Assembly: GCA_964016885.1 (NCBI GenBank)
Contig: OZ024742.1
Location: forward strand, 103,850,001-103,914,000
Source of the DNA: Eledone cirrhosa
Lineage: Eukaryota
DNA: 64,000 bases
Direction: 5' to 3'
Shown piece by piece: positions 25,149 through 39,529 of the stretch (positions are counted from its first letter, which is position 1; the number at the start of each line of letters is the position of its first letter). A program made the translations under genes and the position numbers. The notes under the pieces are model-generated. The model did no database searches. It saw only the letters and a program-made list of their open reading frames with translations, and had not been told where the DNA came from.

Positions 25149-25617
25149 CTCACACCTGCATAGCTACTTGTATCAAGACTGTTTCTACATTTGAGAAGTG
25201 TGTGGTGTATGTCCATTTAAAGAGTGTGGGCAAAATATGAGCATGTATGTCATCACCATAACTTCCATTTTCTCTGCTAAGAAGGATTTGACAGGTCATC
25301 ACAGAGCAAGTCAGAACTTAATCAGAGGTACTGACCTCTTAGACGGATTGGGAACTGCATTTCACTTATACTCCCTAACTCTACAGAGTGCTCCAGGAGC
25401 ATTATATTATAATATCAGCACTAGGGACCTTGTCATATCATCAACACAACTGAAGACTTCTTAATACAAAGTGTGCACATGTGTGCACGAGTGCAAATGT
25501 ATGTGTGAATACAGAACATTCTGTATTCAAATATGTGTGTGTGAAGTATGTGCACGTGTGTGTATGTGTTTGTATATGTGAGGTAATTTATATTTGTGTA
25601 TGTGTGTATATATCTAT

Positions 25618-26210
25618 GTATAATGAAGATGTATATGAAAGCATATACCATATGTTTATGTATAATAAGCATAAGTCTTGTTATGAGGGTCTTAAACTGT
25701 GATCATTGTCACAGCTATCTCAGTAGCCATGTGAGAAGACTGCACACTGTTTTAGGATTTTTTTTATCCATCATCAGTAATGGTCACTTACTCAGTACTG
25801 AAATTAGAAGAAGCTATAGCTTATGCACTTTTTGCATGTAAAACATCAGCAAAAGAAGATCATTTGCATATAGTGGGAGCTTGATTTAGCTGGGATTAAT
25901 TGGAAATACCACTCAGGATTCATAATAGAGGGTAAATGGGGGCATACAGACTATACTTATGCATAATAAACATATGTAAGTCCCACTTTGGCTTGTTTTA
26001 AGCTGTAGTCATGTCACAGCTATCTCAGTAGGTGTGTGAGAACAATAGACACTAGTGTTTCAGGAATTTTTATCCATCATCTGCTGGAGAAGTTTGTTTG
26101 CATATAGTGCATGCTTGACTTGGCTGGGATATATATTCAGTAGTACTAACATAACGTGATTCATAATAGAAGTATATATGAAGGCATATACAATATGTTT
26201 ATGTATGCAT
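25618..26210. repeat. Old local tandem duplication, about 240-300-bp period
   Basis: TGTCACAGCTATCTCAGTAG, TTTTATCCATCATC and TTTGCATATAGTG each occur twice. GCATATAC.ATATGTTTATGTAT recurs at both ends. Confidence 0.75.
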
Positions 26211-26777
26211 ATATGGTTTATTATTATGTCAGTGTGTTGATCTGTGTGTGTGCAATCACACAGTATCTCTATAACAGCAATAAAACATCTCATTAGATAC
26301 ATCTTTAGTTCTCTGAGGCAACATTAAGTCAGTCTAAACAATGGCGCAGTTCTACAAGACAAGCAAGCCTGTTTACATCTTTATCTGCCAAAACCCAACA
26401 TTACTACTATTACTACTACTATAACTTACTGCTACTATGGCTCCTACAACTAATAATAACATAGCTACTACAACTACTATGACTCATCCTCCTCCAACTA
26501 CTACAAATATGACTTCTACCACCACCAAGCTGATAAACACCCAGCCTATTTTAAAACCACACTGCTTCTTTTCATTAATTCTCTTATCACATATGTAGGC
26601 CTTTACATATTTATTCCGCGAAGAAGTGTCACTTCTCTTACACCCACCCACCCTAAAAAAAAAATCTATCTCATTCAACCCCCACACTTCTAGTGATTTC
26701 TAACATTGGCATGATGCCAGCCACACTCCCTACACCTACCCCACCCTACTTACCGTTCATAATAATTGTTTCTATAA

Positions 26778-27123
26778 TAATGCTTTCTAATTTTGGCACA
26801 AGGTCAGCAATTTGGTGGGTGTCAATTATATCAACCCCCAATACTTGATTGCTATTTTATTTTAATTAACACTGGAAGGGTGAAAAACAAAATTGACTTC
26901 AGTGGAATTTGAACTCAGAACATAGAACTCTAAAGCATTCTGTCCAATGATAAACCTATACTGCCAATCCCCCAGCCTTACCCTTCAAATAATTGTTTCT
27001 ACTTTAGGCACAAGGCCAGCAATTACCCAGTGCATTACTGGTACTTTATTTTATCGACCCCGTAAGGATGAAAGGCAAAGTCAACCTCGGCGGGATTTGA
27101 ACTCAGATCGTAAAGGGACGTAA
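26778..27123 (-). mobile_element. Two tandem S1 SINEs (older about 26778-26978, young truncated 26994-27123)
   Basis: Reverse complement of S1. The young copy has TSD CTTCAAATAAT at 26983-26993 and 27124-27134. Confidence 0.88.
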
Positions 27124-27254
27124 CTTCAAATAATAACACTTAAACCATTTAGTTGGCTGCTCCCATTTTTTGTAGTCCTTGTCCATCCATCGATTAATTA
27201 ATTGGTGATGATCACATGCCCAAAGAGATGCTATTAATCCCCTTAAGTTTTAAA

Positions 27255-27545
27255 TCTTTCCACAGCCACCACCTCCTACTCCATTACCACTGGCTCCTCT
27301 TCCATCACACCCCACTCTCTCCTGCACAACCCAACATCTCCACCACTACTTCCTCCTCTTCCATCACCTCACTCCTACACAACCCACCACCTCATCCATC
27401 AATCCCTCCCCTTCTCAATCAACTACCACCAACACTCTTCCATTACCCCTTTTTTCTCCTGCTCAACACATTACCACTTCCCCCATTACATCCCTTTTAT
27501 CCAGCTCAACACACCACCACCTCTTCCACCATCATTTCATACATT
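27255..27545. repeat. C/T/A-rich low-complexity tract, purine-rich on the minus strand
   Basis: Almost G-free CCA/CCT/TCC repeats. Similar tract at 61760-61980. Confidence 0.8.
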
Positions 27546-28213
27546 GATTACCCAGTTGTACATCAGATCAAAAGGAAACAATGATGTTAGAACTAAGTGT
27601 GAAGCTGATATTTAACATTTGGTGTTTTTCTCCCCACCATCACTGACTGGCAACTACACCAAAACTGACCTTTGGGAGTTTATCAAAATAAAGGTCAAGA
27701 CATTTTTTCACTTCTCTTAAAAATCTTACAGCAATGGTCTTAATGTTTATTTCACACAGATCCTAACCAGCTGAGAGTGAGGTTAGAGCCCTCTAGTTGC
27801 AGATCTTTATTAAAGCTATTATCACCATTATCATCATCATCCATGCCATTAGTTTCTATCTGCCTCCACTCTTAGCTCACCAAGAAAACAACTGATTTAG
27901 TCTTGCACAGCAACTCTCTAAGTAGCTCATACAAAAACCCAAAATATATTTTTTTACTGTATAGTCAAACCTCAATTATCCAAACAAGATCTCAAGGCTT
28001 GCTGAATATTTAATGACCCTACTGCATGTAAACCATACCCGAGAATAATGTTGATGTTAACCTTTTAATTTTTGTTTACAATGATTAAAAATGAGTATAA
28101 ATTACTAAACAATAAACAACATGCAAAAACAGGCAATAATTGTGCCTTTTGTTTTCAGGTATACAAAGAGCCATGAGTTGATTGATCTGCTAGTTTGATC
28201 TCACTTGGTCACT

Positions 28214-28662
28214 TTAACCCTTTCAAAACCTGAAACTGTCCCTGGCTATTCAATATAAAATTGTTTGTTTTAAACTCTTGACATCGTATATCACATATAC
28301 CACATTAGCAAGTCATTCTTGAAAAGTATAAAACAACACTATGAGAAATTAAAACATCACATGGGAAATTAAAGTGTTTAGTTTACTATAAATGTTCATA
28401 ATGATCTGTCCACTAGTAAAGATACTACAAACATTCGAATTAATATACCTGTTTTTAGATATTCTCTGCTAAATTATTACAGGATGTTAAAAGTGTTTAT
28501 ATCTAATTAAAAAACATTCATTATAATTTTATGCAAGACCCTTAGATATGCTCCAAACACCATGAGAAAATTGATTACTAAATTCCTTCAAATGTTTAAT
28601 TATTTTCAAAATTATTTGAAAATTTTAAGCAGTTTTTAGAAATATGGTAACAATAGGATTAA
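28214..28662. mobile_element. MITE family A containing a nested family C copy (about 28270-28493)
   Basis: TTAACCCTTT...GTTTGTTTTAA, then family C sequence, then family A resumes at GTGTTTATATCTA. Confidence 0.65.
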
Positions 28663-30815
28663 ACAGTGTTAAAATAATCTTAATACATAAAAATAACTGA
28701 CATGCTGAAGAATTTAAAAGCATGACAAAATCAGTGATACTTTCATTCACTCAAACACTTTGTTCCATGTATGTACAAGTAGTAACCATAGAGAAAGCAA
28801 ACAACATTAACAAGTGAACAGAAAAGTGAAATGATGCAAATTGCAAACCAGTACATTATAAAGCTCATAAAAACACTGAAAATATAGTTGTTGTTTTTTG
28901 TTTTTATGTAATTATATTCAATATAGCTTCCTTTGTTTACAATCAGATCAGTTATTACAATAATCAGTTATCTTCTGAATAAAATAAACATTCATCTTGT
29001 GTGTATATTCGAGGTCAAACTGTATATCTGAAATATTTAATAATTTACTCATTTGGTGACTTCCATTAGTTTATTACTGTCAAATAACTGGCTGTATCAG
29101 ATGACAAACAGATATTAATTAAACATAAAAATCATGCTTCTTTCAGATAAGAACAGGCAGTAGCACTGAACTGTGCTGCACTAAAAAAAAAAAGCTTTGT
29201 ATACACATTACATCTCAATACAATCTTATCATTATAAGTCACTGACAACAGCTCATGCAGTTATGTATATAATGTAAAAGGTTGTACACAGGGTTAACTT
29301 ATTTACAGAAATGTTTACAGTTAGAATAGGAATATATAATAGTTGAAATATGTATACATAGTAGTCACCATGTAGTACTACCAGCAGCTGTGGATTGTTT
29401 AAGAAAAATATGTTACAAATAAATAGATAATGCTAGTTTGAGTTGAAAAGTGAAAAAAAAAGTCATGCTCTCGAGAAGACCAGATCCCTTTTTGAAACAT
29501 CTTTTTTTTTTTCTTTTTTTTAAGATACACATTAATATTATAACCCTTTTGGTACCAACCTGCTAAAACCATCTTTCATTCAATGAAACAAGACTACCCA
29601 AGATTTTCTATTTAAGTTAAAACCTTCCAGCATATATAATTACCTTTTATTTTATACATCATCTTAATGAAATAATAAATAATTTAAGTAAATCCTTTCA
29701 AATTCTTCATTGATTAATTCAAATATGTTTATTTCATTAGAAATATAGTGACAAAAGGATTAAATAATTTTATTGAACTCATTTTTGTTATAGGACTGCT
29801 TGATCCAGACTGAACTGGAGCTAAGCAATGGAGCTAACACAATGTCTATAATGGGATCATTTAGTAATGTAACAAAGTGGTGAAAAAAACTAAGCTATTT
29901 TCAACATCATATTTCATATTCAACATCATATTTCATTTTGTTTTTAAAACCCATTTTCATGTTGGCTATGTTTGTAATACAACAGTTATCTGTGTTTTGA
30001 TCATCTATCAAGTCATATGTGAAACCCAATATTTTCAAACGCAATTCAACTACTTCCCAAATCTTCAATGGTCTTACTTTTAGATAATTGCCACCTTTAA
30101 CAATAGACCCAACATATATCCATACCACTACTAATGTCTAACATAACCAAGTGCAGCAATCACTTGTTAACTCTTAATACCCTGTACCACATCAAACCAA
30201 ATATACTCATCTTCTACCAGCACAGTCTATCTGTCAGCTAGAAATAGCAATCAAATCTCATTCAAATCACGCACTCCCATCTTCAATAAGGAAAAATCAT
30301 ATTGGATAATGTACTCATACTCTAGTCCAATACTAGAGTCATTTTTGTCTCAGCTGTGTTCTAACTTAGAGAGGGATGGGCTCTGCCACATTTAAAATAC
30401 CCAAGACAGTGTGTGTCAGGATAATGCTCCTACAATTTCACCAGAAGTTAAGGGCTCTTTACCTTTTTAAACTTTTGTAACAGAATAGAGGTAATGGGAT
30501 ATAAAGAGCAGCCTTTGTTTGCCATTTGATATTCAATGGTTTTCACTCAGCTGTAAATTTTGAAGTTCTAGTAGCATTTTCAGTCACAAGATTATTGGAA
30601 ATATACTATTTCTATTTAGAAAACATTACCCTACACATGAGGATAAACAGCATAAAGCAGTTGCTTCAAAGTTGCAATAAATTTTACATCTCATCACTGC
30701 CTATGTATTTCAATTAATTTTGAAAATAACCAAACATTTGGAAGAATTTAATGAAATAACTAAGTTTTTCATTATTAAGCTGATTACTTAAGAAAAATTT
30801 CTAAAATAAAATAAT

Positions 30816-31003
30816 TGTTTCTACTTTTAGCACAAGACCAGCAATTACCCAGTGCATTACTGGTACTTTATTTTATCGACCTCGTAAGGATGAAAGGCAA
30901 AGTTAAACTCAGCGGGATTTGAACTCAGAATGGCAAGGGCCGTAACGATGCGTTAAAGCATGGTGTCCGGCCCTCTACCGATACTGCCAATCCACCGCCC
31001 CGG
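30816..31003 (-). mobile_element. Full-length young S1 SINE inserted in a family A MITE
   Basis: TSD TTTCTAAAATAAAATAAT at 30798-30815 and 31004-31021. Confidence 0.93.
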
Positions 31004-31754
31004 TTTCTAAAATAAAATAATGATGAAAGATTTTAATGTAAGGATAAACATTTTAAAATGGGCTGTCTAGTACCATAAATACAGGGTGGTTTGGTATGAA
31101 AAGAGTTAATTTCTACTTAAATTGCTAGAAAACATAAAAAACATAAGCAAGAAAATGAGCCATCTTACAAAATGCACCAATAATCTGGTTACTGAAAATG
31201 ACTAAATGACTACTAATGGAGTCTCCAAGAGTTACAGCTGAGATATGAAACTGCCACATGAAAGATACTACAATTTTGATCTCACTATCTCTTATATTAT
31301 ATATATACAAAAGTACTCATCTATACACTAAATCAACCTAGCTGTCAATTAGTAAAAGTGAATGCCCTACATTATCTTATATATAAGCAGTTAACTTTTC
31401 CCATGGATAAGTGAACTTAGAAAGGAATGCACTCTTCCAGAGTGACTTGCCTGATATACACTAAATGAAGACATTGTCCCAGATTTAGATATCTTCCACT
31501 TCTCTGTATTACAGGCCAAAGTGACAAGATTGGAGCTGGAGAACATGTCTCAGCATGTGATGTCTCAGATTACAGATTTACCCCACTCAAATACGAGAAG
31601 AGTTCTCATTTGGGTGCTTACTATCACTATGGTAGGGGCCAACAGGTTCCAGTTGTGATGGGAAACTAGCCATGTCAATTTTAGTGCAACTATTATTCTT
31701 GCTATTTACTACAAAGCACATGAATTGCTATCAATATATCTGGTATATTTATTC

Positions 31755-32172
31755 AATAATGAGTTCTACTATAGGCACAAGGCCAGCAATTTTGGGAGAG
31801 GGGAAAGTCAATTAAATCGACCCCAGTGCATTATTGGTGCTTTATTTTATTGGCCCCGTAAGGATGAAAAGCAAAGCTAACCTCGGCGGGATTTGAACTC
31901 AGTATATAACGGGCCGTAACTCTATGCTACAAAGCATAGTGCCAATCCACTGCCCTTATTTAATAATTGTTTTTACTTTTGGCACAAGGCCAGCAATTTA
32001 AAGGGGAGTGGAAGCCAATTAAATTGATCCCAGTGTGTTATTGGTGCTTTATTTTATCGACCCCCATAAGAATGAAAGGCAAAGTTAACTTCAGCAGGTT
32101 TGAACTCAGAACATAAAAGGCCGTAACTCTATGCTGCAAAGCATACTGTTCAGCATTCTACCAATTCTGCCG
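31755..32172 (-). mobile_element. Two tandem S1 SINEs (longer-tail variant)
   Basis: Two consecutive GGCACAAGGCCAGCAATT...AAGGATGAAA.GCAAAG..AAC.TC.GC.GG.TTTGAACTCAG units. Confidence 0.88.
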
Positions 32173-35100
32173 CTCCTCCTAATCTACCGCCCTCACTGCT
32201 ATGAACTCTTGATACCAAACTACTTTAAACCATCCCCCACCATTTTACAATACAGAACTAGTTGTTATGAAGTGTTTATTATATTTATCTAAAAACCTTC
32301 CATCATAATTTTATGCAAGAAATTTTGTTAAGTTATATTCCAAATATCAACTTAATGAGATAGCTATTTTACTAAATACTTCCAAATTAAATATTGTTTG
32401 AAAGCCATAGACACTGCTCTTCATTATAAATATGTTATGAAATTTACAACTGATACTACTATTTTTAAAACTACTACTAAAAATGATAATATTACTATCG
32501 TTGCTGTTGCTACTACTACTACTGACAAAGTTGCATTTGAATCGAATATTCTTTCAGTACTTGTAAATGTTGCTGCTACTGCTGCTGCCGGCATGACATA
32601 TTTCTTATCAAACATTCTCTGAATATATAGCTGCTGCTGCTACTACTACTACTCCAGCCACTACTATTGTTGCTCCCAGCTCCAGTAATGGTGGCAGTGG
32701 TATCAGACAAGACAAACACCTCTAGCTTTAAATGTTGACTTAAACAGCTCTAAACTATAGGCCTGTTTCCAAAGATATCAATTCTCGGATAATAATGGTT
32801 TAAACCAACACAGTCGTTTCGTTATCCTATAGAACAATGTCATGCTTCCAGTTTCATTGTGACAACATGCAACTTTGCAGCACAAACAGTTTGGTTATTG
32901 TACGACACCAGTTTTGGGTGTCGAAACACTTTTGTTGAACAATAATGATAATTATTTAAGAGAGAAAAATTGACAGTAAATATAGATTGACACTTAATAG
33001 TAAGACAAGATCACATTTTCCTATTAACTAAGACATACCAGAAACTAATGAAAGACACCAAGCCACATAATGGACTGATATGCCAAGAGAAAATATCTAA
33101 ATGGTCGCTCAACCTGCGAGGATTAATAAATAAATATCTTTAAAAGCACACCCTTATGTCTTAAGAAACATGGTGAATAATGTTCTAGAAAGACTAAACC
33201 TAAAAAAGACAGTATATTCATGACTGGAAAGGCTGAATAAGTTTTAGATTTAGCAGTAACCTCATCAGAAGATATTGACAGGAAGTAGAAGGTAATCCTT
33301 CATAGATGCCTCAGAAAGATTATGATCACCTGGTGAGACCAGATTACAAATGATGAGACCTGGAGGAGAACAAAACCAAGACCACTGCAAGAGATATTTA
33401 CAGAGTAATGCTTTCACTTGGCTGGCCACATTCTCCATTTACTCAATCACTGGTACACAAAAATAGGCAATGGATAAAGGGCAAATCAAATATTACCTGG
33501 CAGCAGACATTTCAAAACAATCTTTAGTCTGTCAACATCATCTGGAATGAGGAGGACCTAAGTATAAGTCAGCTTTTTGGCATTTTCACTGTTTGCCAAA
33601 TGCATGTACAGCACTGAAGCTAGGACTGAACCCACAAACCATTATTTTGAGTAAGCTTTCAACACTCAGATATAATAGGACCAGGGTGTATTGGATGCCT
33701 GCATGACGTATTGGATGCCTGCATAAACGTTTGTGAGTCTAATCTCATTTCATGACAATTACAGCTCCTAACAACAGAGATCAAAACAATTAAGACAAAG
33801 ACAACAGCAGTAAAAAGAGTCATGTCATCATCACTGTCACTAGGACTGGCAGAATTGTTAGACTGCCAGACAAAATGTTTCATAGTATTTAGTTACAGTT
33901 CTTTACCTTCTAAGTTCAAATCTTGCCATGATTAGCTTTGCCTTTAGTCCTTCTGGGGTTGATAAAATATATTACCAGAGAAGTATTTGGATCAATTAAA
34001 TCAAGTTTCTCCTCCCAAAAAATTGTTGGCCTTGTACCTATTTAAAAAAATGATTGCTGTCGTTGCAGTTGATTGGCAGAATTATTAAAGCATCATATAA
34101 AATGCCTTACAGTATATATTCCACTTCACATTCTGAATCATAATGCTACCAAGATCAACTATACTTTTCCTTCAACTTGTCAAGTACTGAGGTCAATTTA
34201 ATTACCTACTCCCAACCCTCAACAATTGCTGACCTTATGCCTAAATTAGAAACCATTCTAAGATCAATAAAAATTATACACAGGCGCAAAATGTTCAGTT
34301 AGCATTGAAAGGCAAACTATATGATGATTATGAAATATTGCATGGTAGTGTTACAAGGATAATGAAAGTAAAAGATAAGCAATAGCTGAAAGCAGTGAGG
34401 CAAGCATACTCTGTAGTATGTGTAATATCAATATGCATGAACAATGGAGCACGTCCAAAGAAATAAAAACTGGGTATCAGAAATATTTGCTATAGTATGT
34501 AAGAGATGGAGAGAGGACTGTGATGCTATGAATCTATGTATAGATCCGTAACCCCTGTTGGTGTCATTTGGGTACTATTTTGGGTAGTTTAAATCTAGCA
34601 GAACCCACCAACTCTCCAGGTCTGAACACCACCAAATTCTTTCAAAGAAGGAAGAGAGCATGAGAAAGACAAAGTGAGAAAGAGTAAGAATCGATCACAA
34701 TACTAGGCTGGTACTTTCTTTATCAATCTTGAAAGGATAAAAGTCGATGTTGACCTCAGCGGAAGTTGAACTCAGAGAATGCAGAAAGCCAGAACAAATA
34801 CTGCAAAGAATTCTATCCGATGTTCTAACAATCTTGCCAACTCATCACTTGAGGGTATGAATATATGATGCATATGCAGTATTTGCTGTAGTATGTAAAA
34901 AGGAAAGAGAGAACTGTGATGGTATGAATATGTGGTGCATGTGAAAAATAACAGTTGGGATGAAGAGTGTCCAACAATGCAGATAGAAGGAGCATGCAAA
35001 AGAGATGGGCAGAAATGATGAATGCTGATCTCAGGATGTTAAGCCATTCATTACAAAGGAGATGAGGAAAGACTGCGACAAATGGAAAGATGTTGTATTG

Positions 35101-36452
35101 AAATTGAACTATCCAATGAATATCAGCATGAGAAAATGAACATAAAAATGATGATTTTGTGCAATACACACAATACATTGAAATGTGTACATATACATAT
35201 TTAATTTGGGTGTGGCAGTGTGTGTGCACACCAATCCATACCAGAATTAAAAAATATATATCAACCATTTCATTGCCATATTTCTAATGAAAGATATTGC
35301 ATATGTATTTCAATTGATTTTGAAATTAATCAGATATTTGGAAGAATTTAATAAAATAACCAACTCTTTCATTCGTAAACTGATGTTTAGAACATTACGT
35401 AACGAAAAATTCTTAAATTATGATGATGACATTTGTCTTACTGCAGCCAGGAATATGGTAGCATATATATTTATGGGATAAATGCACATGTATGTGTTGC
35501 TGCATCCATAAATGCTTACACACATTCTCAGATGTGTGTGTGTGTGAATTTTGACTATAGCTACTATTAGTAATTGATGTTTTATTCCCAAGAGTAAGAC
35601 AAATTTATTGATTAATAATCCTTTAGCCAATCCAACATTCCTAATAGCTGGTTTAACTGAACATAATAACTTTGCTTAGTCATTCTACTTGGACAAGCCA
35701 GATCTGCTATACCATATATGGCATTGTTATTGCCAGCATACTTGAAGACATTGAACTGCTCAGAACACTATTACAGCAAGCACATAAAACATCTATCGTT
35801 AGAGAAAGAGGAGAATTTGATGAACAGATGCCATAAGCATGTGATTATTGGTATGCAGAATAATACTGGCTTAAGAACAGGCTGGAATGATATAATAAGC
35901 ATAAATTAACTTATTAGATATATTATGGAAGCTAGATGCAGTTGGGGAAAATCACTGACTTACTAGAAAAGATCAAATATTTTCACAGACAGGCTTGTTT
36001 TGTTAGAAAAGCCAATGTCCTTTTTCTTCACCTAACCCCTGTAAAAATAGTCAGCCCTTTCAACATGAAACTAAATAAAGTGTTTTAAATTCATAACTGT
36101 GACTGAAATTTCATTATTACATACAAAATAATCAAATATTCTTCTTTCATGAAGCTGAAAAGCAAATATTTTTCTTTTATGAAATTGAAAGTTTTTTAGT
36201 AAATCTATCATAATTCTTAATTAATTTGAAAATTAAATATAAAAATGGCATATTTTTGTTAAAATTGTAACTGCTGAGTTAAATTTTGAATATGTATTTT
36301 ATTCCTAAAGCATACATATGTTTGCTTTCATTTTCAAAGATTCATATCTGATTAATGTTTGCATTATGTGCATGGATTTAGTGAGCCACACTGAAAATAA
36401 AGTTTCGAGAGCAAAAACAGACCTTTGATACTATTAAAGTTCAAGAGGCAAA

Positions 36453-36847
36453 TAATGATTTTTAATTTAGGCACAAAACCAACAATTTTGATGGGAAGGC
36501 GAAGTCAATTAAACTGACTTTAGTTCTTAACTAGTACTTTATTTTATCATCCTTGGTAGGATGAAAGGCAAAGTTGAGCTCAACGAGATTTGAACTCAGA
36601 ATGTATACCACAAAGAATTTGCTCAGTGCTCTAGCAATTCTGCCAATCAACTGCCCTTTTAAAAGACATATAATTGTTTCTACTTTTGGCACAAGGCCAG
36701 CAATTACCCAGTGCATGACTGGTACTTTATTTTATCGACCCCGTAAGGATGAAAGGCAAAGTTAACCTCGACGGGATTTGAACACAGAATGGCAAGGGCC
36801 TTAACTATGCGTCAAAGCATGGCGTCCGACCTTCTACCGACACTGCC
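36453..36847 (-). mobile_element. Two tandem S1 SINEs (young copy 36675-36847)
   Basis: Young copy has TSD CATATAAT at 36667-36674 and 36848-36855. Confidence 0.85.
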
Positions 36848-36983
36848 ATATAATGATTTCTGTGCAGACATTACATTTTGGCAAGTACAACAGCAACTCT
36901 GAGCATGTTTTGATGATATTAGACCTCTTCAACTAAATATAATCTTATCACTACTTGCAGAGAAATATGGAAACTATGTAATA

Positions 36984-37890
36984 CTAGCAGTGGTACCCAG
37001 CGTTGCACGGGATAAGGTATTTTGGAACGCGGGCCGCCAACAGACCTAATCGTGGAAAAACTGCATGTGTGAACAATATGTAGATTAAATAAACTAAATA
37101 CTCTGATGGCTGGATAATCTTTAAGATTTTCCTCGATGAAGCAGGAAAAATGAAAGTTTTCACCTAATGCGGGCCCTAGGGGATCAAGAAAATGAATTTT
37201 TTTTATATGCATAATATGCCTTGAAATTTCGGGAAAATCGGCTAGACGTAACGCCTCAAAAAAGCCCTACAAAGCTGAAAAAATTAAGTTTATCACCTAA
37301 TGCGGGCCCTAGGCCATAAAAAGGTTGGATTTTCTTTGCTCACGGTGTGAAGAGACTGACTGATACATAGTTACAATTTCAAGGAAATCAGTCTGACGTA
37401 ACGACTCAAAAAACCCTAAAAACCTGAAAAAAACGCAGTTTTTCAACTAATGCCCTAGGGATCAAAAAGTTGAATTTTTTATGTGCATAACACTTCCTGA
37501 AACATAAGTAATACAACTGTACAGTTTGAAAAAAGTCGGTTGGGTACTTCTCGAGTTTTAAGGATTCAAACTCACAGACACACACACAGACATCCTCAGG
37601 GAAGTGACGTAATGCAGACAGTCAGACAAACAGACAGATATTATAAGCGCGCGACGTTATATGTATGTATCTATCTAAAAAGAGAAAGACTAAGAATTAT
37701 AGAGAGAGATCGCTAAATCGCCTAATGCGGTCCCTAGGGCATTGAAAATTTGAAAAATTTTTTTACTCAGAACACTCCTTGAAACATAAGTATTACATGT
37801 GTAAAGTTTGAAAACAGTCGGTTGTGTGGTTCTCGAGTTTTAGGGATTCAAACTCACACAGACAGACATCCTCAGTTTTATATATATAGA
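36984..37890 (-). mobile_element. Complete non-autonomous Helitron
   Basis: Minus strand starts A|TCTATATATATAAAAC and ends CCCGTGCAACGCTGGG (hairpin) TACCACTGCTAG|T. Four internal CTAATGC(GGGC)CCTAGG repeats. No TSD. Confidence 0.9.
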
Positions 37891-37959
37891 TGACAGCTAC
37901 AGCCTAATGATGTCCATCTCCCCCATACCAGTAATTGGATCAGGTTGGTTGTTTTGTTT

Positions 37960-39015
37960 TTATTTGGAGGACTGAGATATGATTTTGAAGGAGATGTTTT
38001 TGAAGGAGATGAATTTAATTTATGAAGTGTGTGTATGTTAGGTAGGGTTGATTGTAGGATTATGATTTGTATTTTTTTGAGTTTGTGGATAGCATTGCTT
38101 TGTTTTAGTTTTGTTTACAGTCTAGTTAAGGTAAATGACAGTCTTAGTTATGACAGGTATATAAAAATTTTGAGTGAGTAAGCATTGATAGGTTAAACAA
38201 CTTTTTAAAAAATGATTGGCAGTGGGTGTTATCAAGGTTTATTTCTAATTAAATTAAAAAGAATGGGGGGTCCACAATATTAAATGTGTTAACCTCTCCT
38301 CATTTAATTACATTATCAAACATGTTCAGTACGTTTGGAGCCAGCTACTGTGATAACATTGAGTTGAGACTGGACTTTCACTCCGTGCAGATATTAGGTT
38401 CTAGAAAGGACACCATACTAGCAATAAATTATTGTTTAAGTGAATATTTCCTTGAGGGTAGGGCATGATAAGAGGAGCATGTATTCATGATCTTCACAAG
38501 ACCTTTAAGACTGGTAAGATAGATGCAGTTGGTATTCAGTTTCAATATTTATAAGTTGCCTTCTCCAGGAAAAATGTGGACAGGGAAATTCTATCCAGAG
38601 AGTTTGACATACTGGGAAGGAAGGATTGAACATAGTAGTGTGAAAGCAGGAGTGGTGAGCACAGAATCTGTGCTGAGACGAGAAATGAATGTCAGGTAGA
38701 CCTAAATGAAGGTAGTATTTCTACCAACTAGTTCTGACAAGCAAATCTTGTAGCGGTTAAAACAGACAGGAAGAAGGAAACAACATGTCTGAGTCAGAGG
38801 TTGTAGTGTATTGGGGATTGACTCTTTATCAATCAGCTGGATGGTTTTCTTTTGGGTGCAATCTAAGGAAATAGATGTACAGATATGGTATTGGATCAAA
38901 GGCCCAGAGTTCAAATCCAATGCAGTTGTTTTGTTATGTATTAAGAGTAGTATACTTTTGGGGTAGTGGGGGTGCGAAATTAAGCTTGGGTGAGAGGAAT
39001 GAAAACCTGCATTCA
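37960..39015 (-). mobile_element. Possible ancient L1/Tx1-like LINE 3' remnant
   Basis: Strand-biased composition and CEDHEYMLLLSCP near 38460-38500(-), resembling a CCHC knuckle half. Heavily decayed. Confidence 0.3.
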
Positions 39016-39529
39016 TTTATATTTATTTTTAAAACCAGTTGAAATTTAATCAGATCAAAAGCCTTTTGATATCAAACCTCCTGAAACCATCTCTTATATG
39101 TAAGATCCTTTAAGTTTCATGCAATTATTGCTCATATTAAAAATGAGTATATTAGTTTAGAGGATGGGAGGCTCTCATAGCATCTCTCAGTAGAATGGAC
39201 AGAGCATGTGAGTGTACCAGTAGTTGTAATATATTAATCTTTTTGATACCAAACCACCTAAAGCTGCTCCTAGTTCAATTATACAAAACTGTTTGTTTTA
39301 AGCTTTTCATTATGAACCTGTGATATTCAATTTTGAAAATAATCTAGAATTTGGAGGGATTTAGTAATATTACTTTCTCATTATTAAGCTAGTGTTTAGA
39401 ACATAAATATTCTTAAATAAATTTATGGAAGGTTACATTTTAAAACAAACAGTTTTGCATCATAAAAACCAGGGGCAGTTTCAGGTGCTTTGGTATCAAA
39501 ATATGACTGTCAATTTCAATAGCTGGCTC

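Noticed and set aside
27216-27584. Pro/His-rich 122-aa ORF and other microsatellite ORFs (9.6, 25.4, 50.7 and 57.8 kb)
   Set aside because: Low-complexity DNA lacking stops because of its composition.
27721-27780. Minus-strand EINIK.. next to GTAAGA as ROCK exon 1
   Set aside because: No D.LL ending or upstream similarity. A four-residue match is chance.
31146-31200. Minus-strand IIGAF between AG and GT, resembling kinase VIGRGAF
   Set aside because: Lies on the wrong side of the ROCK exon, is only 23 nt and lacks GRG.
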